From Octopus vulgaris (taxonomy: Eukaryota): DNA of 64,000 bases. This document shows, in pieces, positions 14,977 through 27,450 of this stretch. The stretch is taken from the NCBI GenBank assembly GCA_951406725.2, contig OX597820.1:94922001-94986000 (forward strand), in the 5' to 3' direction. Below the pieces are notes generated by a model. It was not told where the DNA came from, did not search any database, and was given only the letters and a program-made list of their open reading frames with translations. How positions within the stretch are numbered: the stretch's first letter is position 1; each line of letters opens with the position of its first letter. Made by a program: the position numbers and the translations under genes.

Positions 14977-15369
14977 TCTTTATATATAAAAGTGAGGTTG
15001 TGTGTCTGTCTCCTACGATTTAGATTCCTAACTACTCCCACATTTTGCGGTGCAGTTTAACCAAAACCGGGTATCTTATAGTCGTGATTCATATCGAGAC
15101 CGTCTGGGTATTAGCGCGCGTCTACGATGAGTCTACGATTTAAAAAAAATTTACCATCAATTTTTCCCATTTTTAATCCATTTTTGACATATATAAGGGA
15201 AGTAACTCTCTAAAATTTATTATTAAATCTCAGAACGTAAAAAGCTACAGTAACACCCCTCCCCTTTGTGGTTAGCCATATTGAGATGGCTATTATACTT
15301 TACATCTCTAAAAATGCTTATATAATTATTTCCCTTACAAACCCGAGCAACGCCGGGCGATACTGCTAG
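14977..15369 (+). mobile_element. Non-autonomous Helitron-like element
   Basis: A|TCTTTATATATAAAAG start; 3' CCCGAGCAACGCCGGGCGATACTGCTAG|T; insertion between A and T. Confidence 0.75.
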
Positions 15370-15427
15370 TGTATATATAAAAATTAAAAATTGTATAATA
15401 CAGCAGCATTTTCGAACTTCATTTTTT

Positions 15428-15503
<76 letters not shown>

Positions 15504-16032
15504 TGGCTTCCCCCTCGTTATCGAGTATGGCCATTGCACGAAACTTAAGACATTTATTGGATGGCCGTTGACTCTATACATATATATACATTCACACACA
15601 CACACGCGCATATAACACTTAGTTTTCACACATTACTGGCTCAAGCCTAGTCTAACATGATAACCCCCAACTGGGTTATATGGATGAGAGTACGTACATG
15701 TGCATACATGTGTGTAAATGTGCATGTATATATTCATAGAAGGAAAGAAGAAATAAATGTGCCCGAGTAAATGAAACTTAGATTCAATACAACACGCGAC
15801 TTTGTTTATCGTGGAAACTATGTGCACTCACACCATTACCTCCCCCTCCCCCACACACACACATACATGTGTGTATGCATATACATATATATATAATTAC
15901 ATCCATACATATATATAATTACATGTATACATACATACATCTTTTTGCGCATGTGCGTATTTGAATCTATGTATACCTGTGTATGCCTACGTATTTGTAA
16001 TCATTGGTGATCCTACGGCGAAAGGTGTATGT

Positions 16033-16094
<62 letters not shown>

Positions 16095-17813
16095 TTGTAT
16101 GTTTGCGTGTGTGTGTGTGCGTTTGTGTGAATGCATGTGTGAGACTGTGTGTACTTGTGTATGCTCGCAGACCGCGCGCTCTTCTTAATTGTCGCTGAAT
16201 CACGCAGCTTTTGCCACCTTTGTGACAATTACCACATTATTCATTAAATCAGGCAATCGTTCGCTTTTTGTTACTGTTGTTTTCCAAAAACTTTTGTTTT
16301 CAAATAAAACAATATGTCGGCAATTAGAAATAAAAGCATTTATGGACGTTATAAAATGATTAATAATCGAACAGCTTCCGAATGATGAAGCTTTATTATT
16401 CTATCCAAATATGAGCTTATTACTCTATTTATGTAGACTAGCTGATGATTAAAAAATGGTTATTGCTGAGAAAACCAGACGAGAAATACAATAACTTTTT
16501 TCAGAAAAGAAACAGTAATGTTCAAGTCTTATATCTTGAATATGAGCATATTATTTTTTAAGTAATTAATACATAAATAATAACAATTTCTGCTCCCTTT
16601 CTTGCATTGTGAAAATATAACTGAATTCTATAAATATAAAAGCAATAAATCGTGTAAATTATAGGATCATTTTTCACATAAAATACTTTTTTCCAGAGTT
16701 GACCGATACTGCAGTATAGAAACAGTATAGCAAATGTGAAAGGCCACATATTACGAAGTGAAATATTACAAATATCAGCTAAAAATAGCTATCAAATCAT
16801 AGCTAGATGTGTGCTATGTCTGAAAAATATACGTGATGGTTATGGATGAGATACCTTTGATCATACACCAACTTGCAAAAAAACAACGTTCAGAATCACC
16901 AATTTAGAATCACCAATTAAAATATTTCAAAATGTTATCCGGGCATTATATAACAATCTCCTTAATTAGCGTGTCACAGGAAACATGTTTATCGGTATAT
17001 TCTTTAATACAATTAACGATCAGTCTATAAGTCTTTGAGAATAATATATCGAGGTTATTATTCGCAACATATACACTTGGTAATCGCTGCAACAACTGGA
17101 GCGCTCCTCTTTCGTTAAACACATTCTTTCTTTACATTTAGTTCAAAAACTCAGAGCGTTCGCGGCACAAATCACGTTCTTTAGTGTCAACTGTAAACAT
17201 GATTTTAAGCCGCTATGGAACATACTACGTTTTCCATATAGTTCATGATTCGGGGGAAACATCATTCCAATATGAGTCGCTGCAGATATCTGATCCCTTT
17301 GAACTTTTTCGCATAATCCGTATGGACAGACAGTAAGTGCAATTAACTTATCTAAAAGCAATTTTGCCGTGTTATTAGCATTTCGTCACTACCTTTATTA
17401 TCAATATATCGACCTCAAGTGACGGCCGGAGATAACCGGAAAGTATTTTCTTCTATAGTTCTATAGTTTTATCTGTCACTAGATTTAAAAACACGAGTTT
17501 TTAAATGTGTAACAAGACGTATTTACCTAAAGGAAATCATTGAATTTTTTTATTTTGTTAAACATTAAGGATGCGAGCTGACAGGATTGTTTATCCCCCA
17601 CCACCACCACCACCATCTGACAATTGACAGCCGATGTTAGTGTGTTTACGTCCTTGTAACTTAGCGGTTCGACAAAAGAGACAGATAGAGTAAGTACCAG
17701 GTTTTTAAAAAAAAGTAATGGGGACGATTAGTTTGACTAGAAACACTTCAAGGTGATGCCCTATCATGGCCACAGTCAAATAAATGACTGAAGCAAATAA
17801 AAAATAAAAGACG

Positions 17814-17858
<45 letters not shown>

Positions 17859-17889
17859 GGTGTATGTATGTGCGTGCGTGTGTGTGTGT

Positions 17890-17925
<36 letters not shown>

Positions 17926-18258
17926 GTGTGTATGTGTATGCGTGTTTGTGTGCGTATGAACCAATAATTTTACAAACGTGCCGCTAAGCATACTTAGCCG
18001 CATTTTGTCCGTCTTCACGTACTGAGTTGAAACTCCGCCGAGGTCGATTTAACTTTCATCCTTTTTCGGTGTCAATAAAATAAGTACCAGTTGAGCACGG
18101 GGTCGAAGTAGTCGACTACTCAACTTCCCCCAAAATTTGATGTCTTGTGCCTAAGAAGAAATGATTTATATATATATATATATAATTAATACGGAGCAGC
18201 CAAAACTATTGAATATTTTTTACTATCAACACAAGCAACCACCCACATGCATATACGC

Positions 18259-18294
<36 letters not shown>

Positions 18295-18298
18295 GTCT

Positions 18299-18395
<97 letters not shown>

Positions 18396-18789
18396 TCTGC
18401 TTTGGCATGGTTTCTACAGATGATTGCCCTTCCTAACGCCAACTACTTCACAGAGTGATTTAGGTGCGTTTTTCATTGTACCAGCACTGGTTACATCCCC
18501 AAGTATCCGCAAAGCAAGGCCCCGCCACTGGTTGTAGTTATAGGATTTGGGAATAAGGAACTAAAGTAGATTGGAATCATAATATATTTTGTTCATTTTT
18601 AAAGATCAAAAACACCTTTCATTCTCCTGGGGGGTAACCAAATAAATAAATATGGAGGTTTAATGTGCATTTAATTATACTTATAGAATCACTTATCGAT
18701 CCTCTCTTAAGATATGGATATTATTATGCATGCAGATGCTGTCTGCTTCTTCTTCCAATCAGGACTCACGCCATTAGCCACAAAGAATA

Positions 18790-19211
18790 ATCTCTAATTC
18801 AAGCCTACTCTAAGCTACTAAGAATGAAGATCCACCCACTACACGCGATAGACTGGGGGTTGCACGGGCACGAAAGCTACGTTGTTATTCTCATTCCGTA
18901 AACGGTGGCTTTTAACGGGTGGAGAGCTGAACTATCCTGGGGTACAGAGGATTCACAATCTAGACTAGGGTTTACCACACCATAGTGGGTTACACCAGGG
19001 TTCCTCTGCTTTGCGCCAGAAGTAGGAAGAAAGGGTGAGAGAAAGTTGTGGTAAAAGAGTACAGCGGCGTTCACCACCCTCCCCCACCGGAGCCTCGTGG
19101 AGTTCAAGTGTTTTTGCTCAATAAACACTCACAATGCCTGGTCTGGGAACCGAAACCGCGTTCTTACGACCGCGAGTCAGCTGCCCAAACCACTGTGCCA
19201 ACGCGCCTCCA
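18790..19211 (-). mobile_element. tRNA-derived SINE-like repeat (third family)
   Basis: Minus head ggaggcgcgttggcacagtggtttggg..gcggttttcggttccc, followed by gtgtttattgagcaaaaacact. Related heads lie at ~4350-4630 and ~62400-62650. Confidence 0.55.
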
Positions 19212-20968
19212 CTTGCAGATGCTGTTGCTGCTGCTGCTGTTGTTATCGTTCATAGTTGCATCAAGTCGTGTTTGGAGTCTTGCAATTTCCTCTAGAGATT
19301 TACCTGGCTTCACAAAAACCGGACTAGTGAGTGAGCTAACGAGTCCTCAGCAACTAGCCCCTATTATCAACAACAGCATAATATCAACAACAGCACAACA
19401 GCAAGATAAACATTTTATTTTGTCTTTTCTTTTTGTTGAGTGGGGTAATGAAGTAGATAACGAATTATCGCCGATGGCTCAATTACATTTAAAACAATAG
19501 CGCAGGGAAATGTTTGTCCTCTGTTTACTGAACAGTTAACCGATTTCTGAGAGCTGGAACTTCAGCAGTGTAATATTTACGGATTACTAATATGTGTATA
19601 TGTACGTCATGTGTGTGTGTTATTTGCTTGAATGAGTTTGATGTTTGGTTAGGCGATTCAGGATGACTGAAGATAGTGTATTACTGTAGTGGTGGTCGGT
19701 GGTGGTGGTGGTGGTGGCTATAATTATCGTGTCATCATCTTCTTCACCTTCATCATCATGTATTCAATAGTATTTGGTTTCGATTGTGTAGAGCTCAAGT
19801 TGTACGAGTTATTTAATTGGACTGGATGGTGATTGCGTAGACTATGTATTACGTAGATTGCGTTAAACTAATGATTCCTAACATAATCACAATGTCTCAT
19901 ATTTTTTTCGCGGGATGAGTTCAGAAGTCAGTCATATATATATATATAGACACGAGTGTGTCTATATTAATATTGATTCCAAATTTTGGTACAAGGCCAG
20001 CATTGTCGGAGAAGGAGTTAATTCGATTACATCAATCCCAGTGATTTTATCGTCCCCTAAAGGATGAAAGGTAAAGTCGACCTCAACGGAATCTGAACTC
20101 ATGATGTAAAGACGGACGAAATGCCACTAAGCATTTCGCCTGATGTGCTGACAACTCTAACAGCTCGCCGCCTAAGTATTATTTTTAATATTGACTGGTG
20201 ATAAAAGCGACCAGCCTGCAAAATGGTTAACATGCTGGACAAAACAGTGGCATTTCTTCCGGATTTACATTATGAGCTCAAATTCTGCCAATGTCGACTT
20301 TGTCTTTCATATTTTCGAGATCGATAAAACAAGTACATGTTGGGTACTGGGGTCTATGTAATCGACTTACCCCTCACAGAAACTGTTATCTTTGTGCCAT
20401 AATTTGAAACTAATGTTGGCTGGTGATAAAGGCGACGAGCTAGCAAAATGGTTAGCACGCCGGACAAAGTTTTTAGTGGCATTTCTTCTGGGTTTACGTT
20501 CCGAGTTCAAGTTCTGCAGTGGTCGACTTTGCCTTTTCTTCTTTCAAGGTCGATAAAATAAGTACCAGTTGAACACAAGTCGATGAAATCCATTAGCCCC
20601 CTACCACCAAATTTCAGGTCGTGTGTCTATAAGAAAGAGAAAATATATATTGACTGTTGTATGAACTGTGCAGAAAGTGTTTTGTGTAAATTATGTTATT
20701 GACTTTAAAAAGTCTCGTACAATATGTGGATTTTTCTTTACAGGAATAATTTTGGGGCTGTGTGTAAATTTTAAAGTCTTGTATGATTTTAATGCTTTTT
20801 GTTTCGTTGTTTTTGTTTCTTTATCAAAGTCCGTGCATCAATTACTTTTGGTTCCATTTTTCTCTCTTACCCTACACCTTACTTATTTCTATTTCAAAAT
20901 ATTTTGATAATTTTTTTTATTTAATAAATCTCAGAGCGAGTTATAAACAGTAGCTACAACACATCGTG

Positions 20969-21270
20969 ACGTATATTTGCCATGTAAATATGGCTAACCC
21001 CTAAGGATGGATGCTACTGTAGTTTGTAGCCCCAGGAGGACACCTCCTCCAGCTGGCTTTAGACACACTTTCTGTGCCCTATCAGTGTTTGCAAAGGGAA
21101 GCCATCCTTCCCGTCTTCAACTTATGATACACACGGACTCGAGTTTCTGAGTATTGACCCGTCATCGGCGTGTGACAATCACAGTTGTCGATAAGAAGCA
21201 GGTTCCCTTCTACAAACTACAGTAGCATCCACCCTTAGGGGTTAGCCATATTTACATGGCAAATATACGT
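20969..21270. mobile_element. 302-bp fold-back element with 61-bp terminal inverted repeats and an internal hammerhead motif
   Basis: 20969-21029 and 21210-21270 are reverse complements with 1 mismatch. A poly-T run follows and no clear TSD was seen. Confidence 0.8.
21130..21174 (-). ncRNA. Type I hammerhead ribozyme-like motif with palindromic stem III
   Basis: Minus strand cacacg-CCGATGA-c gggt caat actc a-GAAAC TCGA GTC|cgtgtg. Perfect 6-bp stem I, 4-bp stem II, palindromic ACTCGAGT stem III and a GUC triplet. Confidence 0.72.
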
Positions 21271-22099
21271 TTTTTTTTTTTATTTCTTTTCATGCAATGT
21301 TTTGGTTAGAAGCTATCAAGATTGCTATCATACTAAGAACATTTTCATTCTTGTCTTTGTTTAACATATCAGGTTGATTCGCTTTGATCTAACGATCAGT
21401 AGTTGTTTAGCCCAAGACCAGTCTAGATGGAGAAAATGTAAGATCAGAGGCGCTTCAGCCGTGACCAACTACTGTTTTCAAGTATAATATAACTATGTTT
21501 ACGTTATACTTTTATCCTTACAGTTTTAAAATAGCAGGTGTAAATGAGAGAAGATTTAGCTTCTATTTCTTGTAGGTCGAGCGAGTGCATATTGTTTTCG
21601 GCGGCTCATTATTTGGGTAGTGTATTGGTAGAATCTTACGAGAGTGTCGGAAAAACACCTTTTGGTTTTGTTACGGCTCTTTGCATTCTGAGTTCGATTC
21701 CCGCTGAGATCAACTTTACCTTTCAATCCACCAGGGTCAATAAAATTAAGTAACAGTCAAGAACTGCGTTCGATGGTATCAACTAACCCCTTCTCCTCAA
21801 AACTGATGCCCATGAACCTTAATTAGAAATCATTATTATAATTGGTTTTAGGGCAGCGAGCTGGAAGAATCGTTAGCACGCCGGGTAAAATGCTTGGCGG
21901 CATTTCGTCTGTCAATGTTCTGAGTTCAAATTCTACCGAGGTTGACTTTGCCTTTCATCCTTTCAGAGCCAATAAAATAAGTACCAGTTGAGCACTGAGG
22001 TCTATGTAATGAACTAGCTGGCCTTGTAACGAAATTGCTGGCCTTGTACTAAAATTTGAAACCATTATTATAATGGCATTTGTAGTTATCTTGTTCATA

Positions 22100-22273
22100 G
22101 GGCGTAAGAGTGGCTGTGTGGTAAGTAGCTTGCATACGAGCCACATGGTTCCGGGTTCAGTCCCACTGCATGGCACCTTGGGCAAGTGTCTTCTACTATA
22201 GCCTCGGCCCGACCAAAGCCTTGTGAGTGGATTTGGTAGACGGAAACTGAAAGAAGTCCGTATATATGTACAC

Positions 22274-22311
<38 letters not shown>

Positions 22312-22515
22312 CTGTGTTTGTCCCCCCAACATCGCTTGACAACTGATGCTGGTGTGTTTACGTCCCCGTAACTTAGCGGTTCGGCAAAAGAGACTGATAG
22401 AATAAGTACTAGACTTACAAAGAATAAGTCCTGCGGCCGATTTGCTCGACTAAAAAGGCGGTCCTCCAGCATGGCCACAGTCGAATGACTGAAGCAAGTA
22501 AAAAAAAAAAAAAGA
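22100..22515 (+). mobile_element. tRNA-derived SINE family 2 with internal (TA)/(TG) microsatellite
   Basis: Head ggcgtaagagtggctgtgtggtaag..ccgggttcagtccc, CORE-like accttgggcaagt and tail gactgaagcaagtaaaa. Confidence 0.85.
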
Positions 22516-23439
22516 ATGGTCTATGGCGATAGATTGTCAGAATCGTTAGAACGTCGAACAAAATGTTCTGCAGTGTTTAGTCAAATATCCACGTTGTGAG
22601 TTTAAATTTTGCTGAGGTCAGCTTTACCTTTCATCCTCTCGGGTTGCTCGATGTTATCGACTAACCCATTCGCAACAAATTTTTGACTTTGGGCTTAAAT
22701 CAGAAATCATTATTTATTCATCATTTGATTATTACATATTTTTTTTCTTTTATATCAAAAATAATTACGCACATCGTAAAAAACAGTCGTAAAAATGGTT
22801 TGTGAAAATGTCTTATCATTGTTTGCAGAATCTAGTATCTTCTGCAACGTGTCTATCTCTGTCCTTATAGATAATATGATCGAAATACATGAAGTGTTTC
22901 CTTTATTAAAACAAGATTTAGACACGTCTTGAAAAACATACAAAAAGCGTTCAAGCTTAACAAAAGTGTCCAAGATTAAGAAATACTATAATAAAATTCC
23001 CTAACATTATTTACAAATCCTTGTAGTGTTATGTTCTGGAACCTGCCTAAGATAGATCTTACAGGACAGATCCTTATAATATAGATCTTGCTAGGTAATC
23101 TGGTTATATCTTTTGCAAGACTGGTTGTCTATTATTGCAGTTCAGTCAATTACAAAAAAGAATGTTAAACACACTCCTTAAACAGCAAAAATGTTTTTCG
23201 TTTCAAAAGTTAGGCCGATATAATTCATTTGCTTTCATCTGACTTCCACAAAACATTATAGTCATTTGATACTTCTAAGTTCATAATTAGCATGCTATTA
23301 TCCTTTTCGTCATTTAAAATTACGTCAGTCATATTGCTATCTGGTGGTATGTCTCCACACTGAAGTTCTGTATCATTTTCCATACTGCGACAAAACTCTT
23401 TTCTTGAAGCAGCTGAAATTGGGTGCAAAGTTAATATAC

Positions 23440-23838
23440 TCTTTTACTCTTTTACTCTTTTACTTGTTTCAGTCATCTGACTGTGGCCATGCTGGAGCAC
23501 CGCCTTTAATCGAGCAACTCGACCCCGGGACTTATTCTTTTGTAAGCCCAGTACTTATTCTATCGGTCTCTTTTGCCGAACCGCTAAGTAACGGGGACAT
23601 AAACACACCAGCATCGGTTGTCAAGCAATGCTAGGGGTACAAACACAGGCACACAAACACACACGTGCATATATATATATATATATATACATATATACGA
23701 CGGGCTTCTTTCAGTTTCCGTCTACCAAATCCACTCACAAGGCATTGGTCGGCCTGAGGCTATAGTAGAAGACACTTGCCCAAGGCGCCACGCAGTGGGA
23801 CTGAACCCAGAACCATGTGGTTGGTAAACAAGCTACTT
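23440..23838 (-). mobile_element. SINE family 2 copy
   Basis: Reverse complement of 22100-22515 with a (CTCTTTTA)n tail. Confidence 0.85.
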
Positions 23839-23844
23839 AATATA

Positions 23845-23869
23845 ATTATTATTATTGTTGTTGTTGTTG

Positions 23870-23938
<69 letters not shown>

Positions 23939-23973
23939 AGGCTGCTGCTGCAGTTGTTGTTGTTGTTATTATT
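23845..23973. repeat. Symmetric compound microsatellite (ATT)(GTT)(GCT)(GTT)(ATT)
   Basis: Read directly; it is the source of the poly-Ala and poly-Leu ORFs. Confidence 0.95.
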
Positions 23974-23974
23974 A

Positions 23975-24210
23975 AGGCGGCGAGCTTGCAGAGTCGTTAG
24001 TACGCCGAGCAAAATGCTCAGCGGTATTTCGCTCGTCGCTAGGTTCTGTGTTCAAATTCCACCGAGGTTGATTTTGCCTTTCATCCTTTCGGGGTCGATT
24101 AAATAAGTACCAGTTACGCACTGGGGTCGATGTAATCGACTTAATCCCTTTGTCCGTCCTTGTTTGTCCCCTCTGTGTTTAGTCCCCTGTGGGCAATAAA
24201 GAAATAAAAA
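23975..24210 (+). mobile_element. SINE family 1 copy
   Basis: aggcggcgagcttgcagagtcgttag.. head with the same body and tail. Confidence 0.88.
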
Positions 24211-24559
24211 AATATTATTATTATTATTGTTTTGTGGTGCATGGTAAAACCACTCCACAGATGCGCATTTATATTTTCATAGACAAACAATGCACAAGAG
24301 AAATAAATGGTTAGAATATAACAAGCATTAATTAACAACGGTTATTCTAACAGACTAGCAGATCGAGTTATAGAAGAATACAGACACCAATACAATGCAA
24401 CAAATACATCAGAAAATAAAACCGATAAAAATAACAAAATCCGCAGAAAATTTATTAAATGAATCAAATGCATGAAAACTATCGAACACACGAACACATA
24501 ATTAAAGCCCTCATTAAAACGGAACACAAAATGAATCACAACCGAATGTAAACTAATAA

Positions 24560-27450
24560 CACTAGTCAACAAAAAAAGACCTTTTTTTTTTTTTACACCA
24601 AACATCTTTTTTAGCTAATTTGAGGGCACTGAATCTGAAAATTACCTTACTTTTTCTTGGTTAGCCTCTATTTTTGCTGTACAGAAATGCCTCATTTTTG
24701 GAAAAAAAAAGCATTTTTTTTTTTTCATTTGTTTTCGATGGTAATATTTCTCAAAGTGTAAAAAAATAGGTAATATTTCTCAAAGTGAAATCGTAGAAAC
24801 TTTTCAATTCATATTTAAACCAACAAATATTGGTCTGCTTATTGCAATAACAGTCAAACCCTAAATCTTTAAAAATAATACGATTAAATATAGCAAGACC
24901 AACAAGTATTTTCATCAAATCATTAAATAAACTAACAGGAGAAATATAACCTTCATGAACATAAGAACTATGGTAAAAAATTTCTCTTTCTTGGTTGTCT
25001 GTCATGTTCAATATTATTTGTCTCCCTTTTGATACTCCAGCAGTAGTCAGCCATCATTCCTTTGTCCCACTGTCTCTGGTAACGCTCTTCCATTGTTTTG
25101 ATATCCTGGTGGAATCGTTCTCCTTGCTCATCACTCACATCGCCGCAATTATCCGGAAATTTATCTAGAAGGTTATGTAAAAATTGAACCTTAATACTCA
25201 TATTAGCACCTATGTTTTGTAGACTTTTCAACAGCTTTTCCACTAATTTCTTGTAGAATTCGGCCCGGCGATTGCCTAAGAAGTTTTTTCACCTCGTCAA
25301 CAAACGATGTCCAAGCGCGTAATTCCAAGTCATTCTTTGAATTTACAAATTCAACACCCTTAATGAGTTACCTGACATCAGGACCATCAAACACTACTGC
25401 TTTGAGTTTTTCGGTGCTAAGTCCTGGAAACGATTTACATATATACTCAAAACATTTACTTTCTTTGTCGAGTGATTTTGCATACTGTTTCATTAATCCC
25501 AATTTGATATGCAAAGGAGGGAAGATGATTTTTTTTCTTTCGGAAATAGCTCTGCACTAATAACGTTCTTTTCACTGACCTTCAACTCTCACGGTGGCCA
25601 ATCTTTCCTTTTCCAGTGCTCCTATTTTGCTTTACTGCCCCACATACACAAAAAAACATGAGAATTTCGTGTAGCCACTTTGTTGACCAAACAGGAAATT
25701 TACCATTTTCAAATTGACACATAACACCCATTTATGTTTGGTGTAGTCAATCAGATCCATAACCTGTTTGATGGCATCATGTTTTTCTTTCAGTGTTGTT
25801 GAATGACCTATAGGTATTGGCGCATACATGTTGGTATTATGGAGCAAAACACATTTCAAACTAGGTTTTGAACTATCAATGAACAATCTCCATTCATCAG
25901 GATCGTATGTGTGGACGCCTAGTGGAAGAAGAATGCTCACAGCATCATTGCAATGAACAAGATCCGTGTTCTCATTACAGAATGTTACAAATTCGGCATC
26001 CCTATTTCTGTTACCTTTGTACGTTTTGCTAACAGATGTTTTTCGTTGAGCCTGAAGACCAAAAGTTCTGCTGATTCTTTGCTTAGATTTAAGTCACGAA
26101 CCAAATCATTCTGCTCATTTTGGTTAAACAGCTCTGGCACGGTTTCGGGAACATAGTCAGGGTCGTTTTCGCTGTGTTTCTCATTTACATCAGTATCAGA
26201 CTCGTCACTTTCAACAAGTTTCAAAAACGTTTCGTTAAAAACTAGGATTGGCAAATTATCTGAATGCAGCACTGGTCGAATAGCGGAATGAAGAGTGGGA
26301 TAGTCGATAGATCTGCATTTCTTCTGGTCCAGTCCCGCAACACTGACTGAGTAGAAGTAACATTTGTCAGAGTGGTTCTTTGGCTCACGCCAGATCATAA
26401 GAATAGCGAATCTCAGCGATTTTCGGGTCCTTGAAGTCCACTGTTTTATGTGTGCTAAACATGTCTTGCAAACAATGTAAGGGACCCATGATTTGTCTTG
26501 ATCACCAAGCTCGACGCGAAAGTAGGCACAATAGGCTTTCTTGTAAAAGTCAGATATCGGTTTCCTGTTGGCTTTCGGTGTGAACTCGCCGCAGGTATAG
26601 CAAAATAAGTTGGGATCATTTTTGCATCCACTCGTTGAAACCATGTCATTTGATATCTATCTCTATGATTTAAAAAGAGCATGAGTTTGTTGAGCATTTA
26701 AATTACAGTTTGCGTGTTCACATTTAGGTAATTTGATCTTTCCTAATGTCCTATGGAAAGACTCGTAAAACTGTCAATAACAAAAGACGGAAAGACTCAT
26801 TATGCTGATTGTACTTTGTATATTCGTAATCCCGCGAAGAGGGCAGATGTTTTGGTGAAACCATTTTCATGATGTTCATCATGTGCAATGGAATAGGTAT
26901 ATTCAATTAGAATGTCTTTAGTTGAAGTTTTTTTCCAACTGTAAAAACAAAAGCTCATGTGCTTGGTTTCCTTCCGTTTTGAAGGGATAAAAGTGAGGGG
27001 ATATACGTATGAATATCAAACAGAAGATTTTAGGGTTTCTGTTTTTTTTATGTTACCTTAATTATCAGATTTAATAAAGTGTATTACCGATAAAGTTTAT
27101 CAGTTAATTTGAACTTTGGCAATAAATTGGAAAAAATCGGTACTTCTATTTTAAAAGTTTTGACTCAAAAATACTTTTTCTTATAAAAATAGTTTATTTC
27201 AGGTGGCTGACATCAATTGCTCGGCCTACCTGAAAATTCATGGTTTTCTACTACTTTTTTTAACTAAATTTTGCGAACATCCAAGATTGTAAATTGATTC
27301 TTTTTCCAAAAATGAGCAATTTCAGTACAGCAAAAACGGTAGCTAACCTTGAAAAACTAAGGTCATTTTCGGAATCAGCACTATCAGCACTATCAAATTA
27401 GCTAGAAAACGTGTTTTGCTTCTTGGCACCAAAAATCGTATTGACCAGTG
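24560..27450 (-). mobile_element. Full-length, decayed Chapaev3-like (CMC) DNA transposon
   Basis: Imperfect ~150 bp TIRs (CACTAGTCAA.. and ..TTGACCAGTG) with a TAA TSD (24557-59, 27451-53). Frameshifted transposase 26644-24968 has the Chapa-type Zn finger CYTCG..DQDKSW..C..C..WREPKNH...CYF, plus WRLFIDSSK.SLKCVLLHN and SDEQGERFHQDI...E.RYQ..W...M.ADYCW. Confidence 0.85.
24968..26644 (-). pseudogene. Chapaev3-like transposase pseudogene
   Basis: ORF pieces 25985-26644, 25632-25940 and 24968-25243 plus intervening frameshifted segments (LPPLHIKLGLMKQ, VFDGPDVR). Confidence 0.85.

Larger units (their letters stand above)
19975..22065. mobile_element. Cluster of older SINE family 1 copies (~19975-20172 minus; ~20200-20410, 20428-20630, 21600-21835, 21850-22065 plus)
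   Basis: Repeated diverged gagttcaaattc..gtcgactttgcctttcatcc..gataaaataagtac motifs. Confidence 0.75.
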
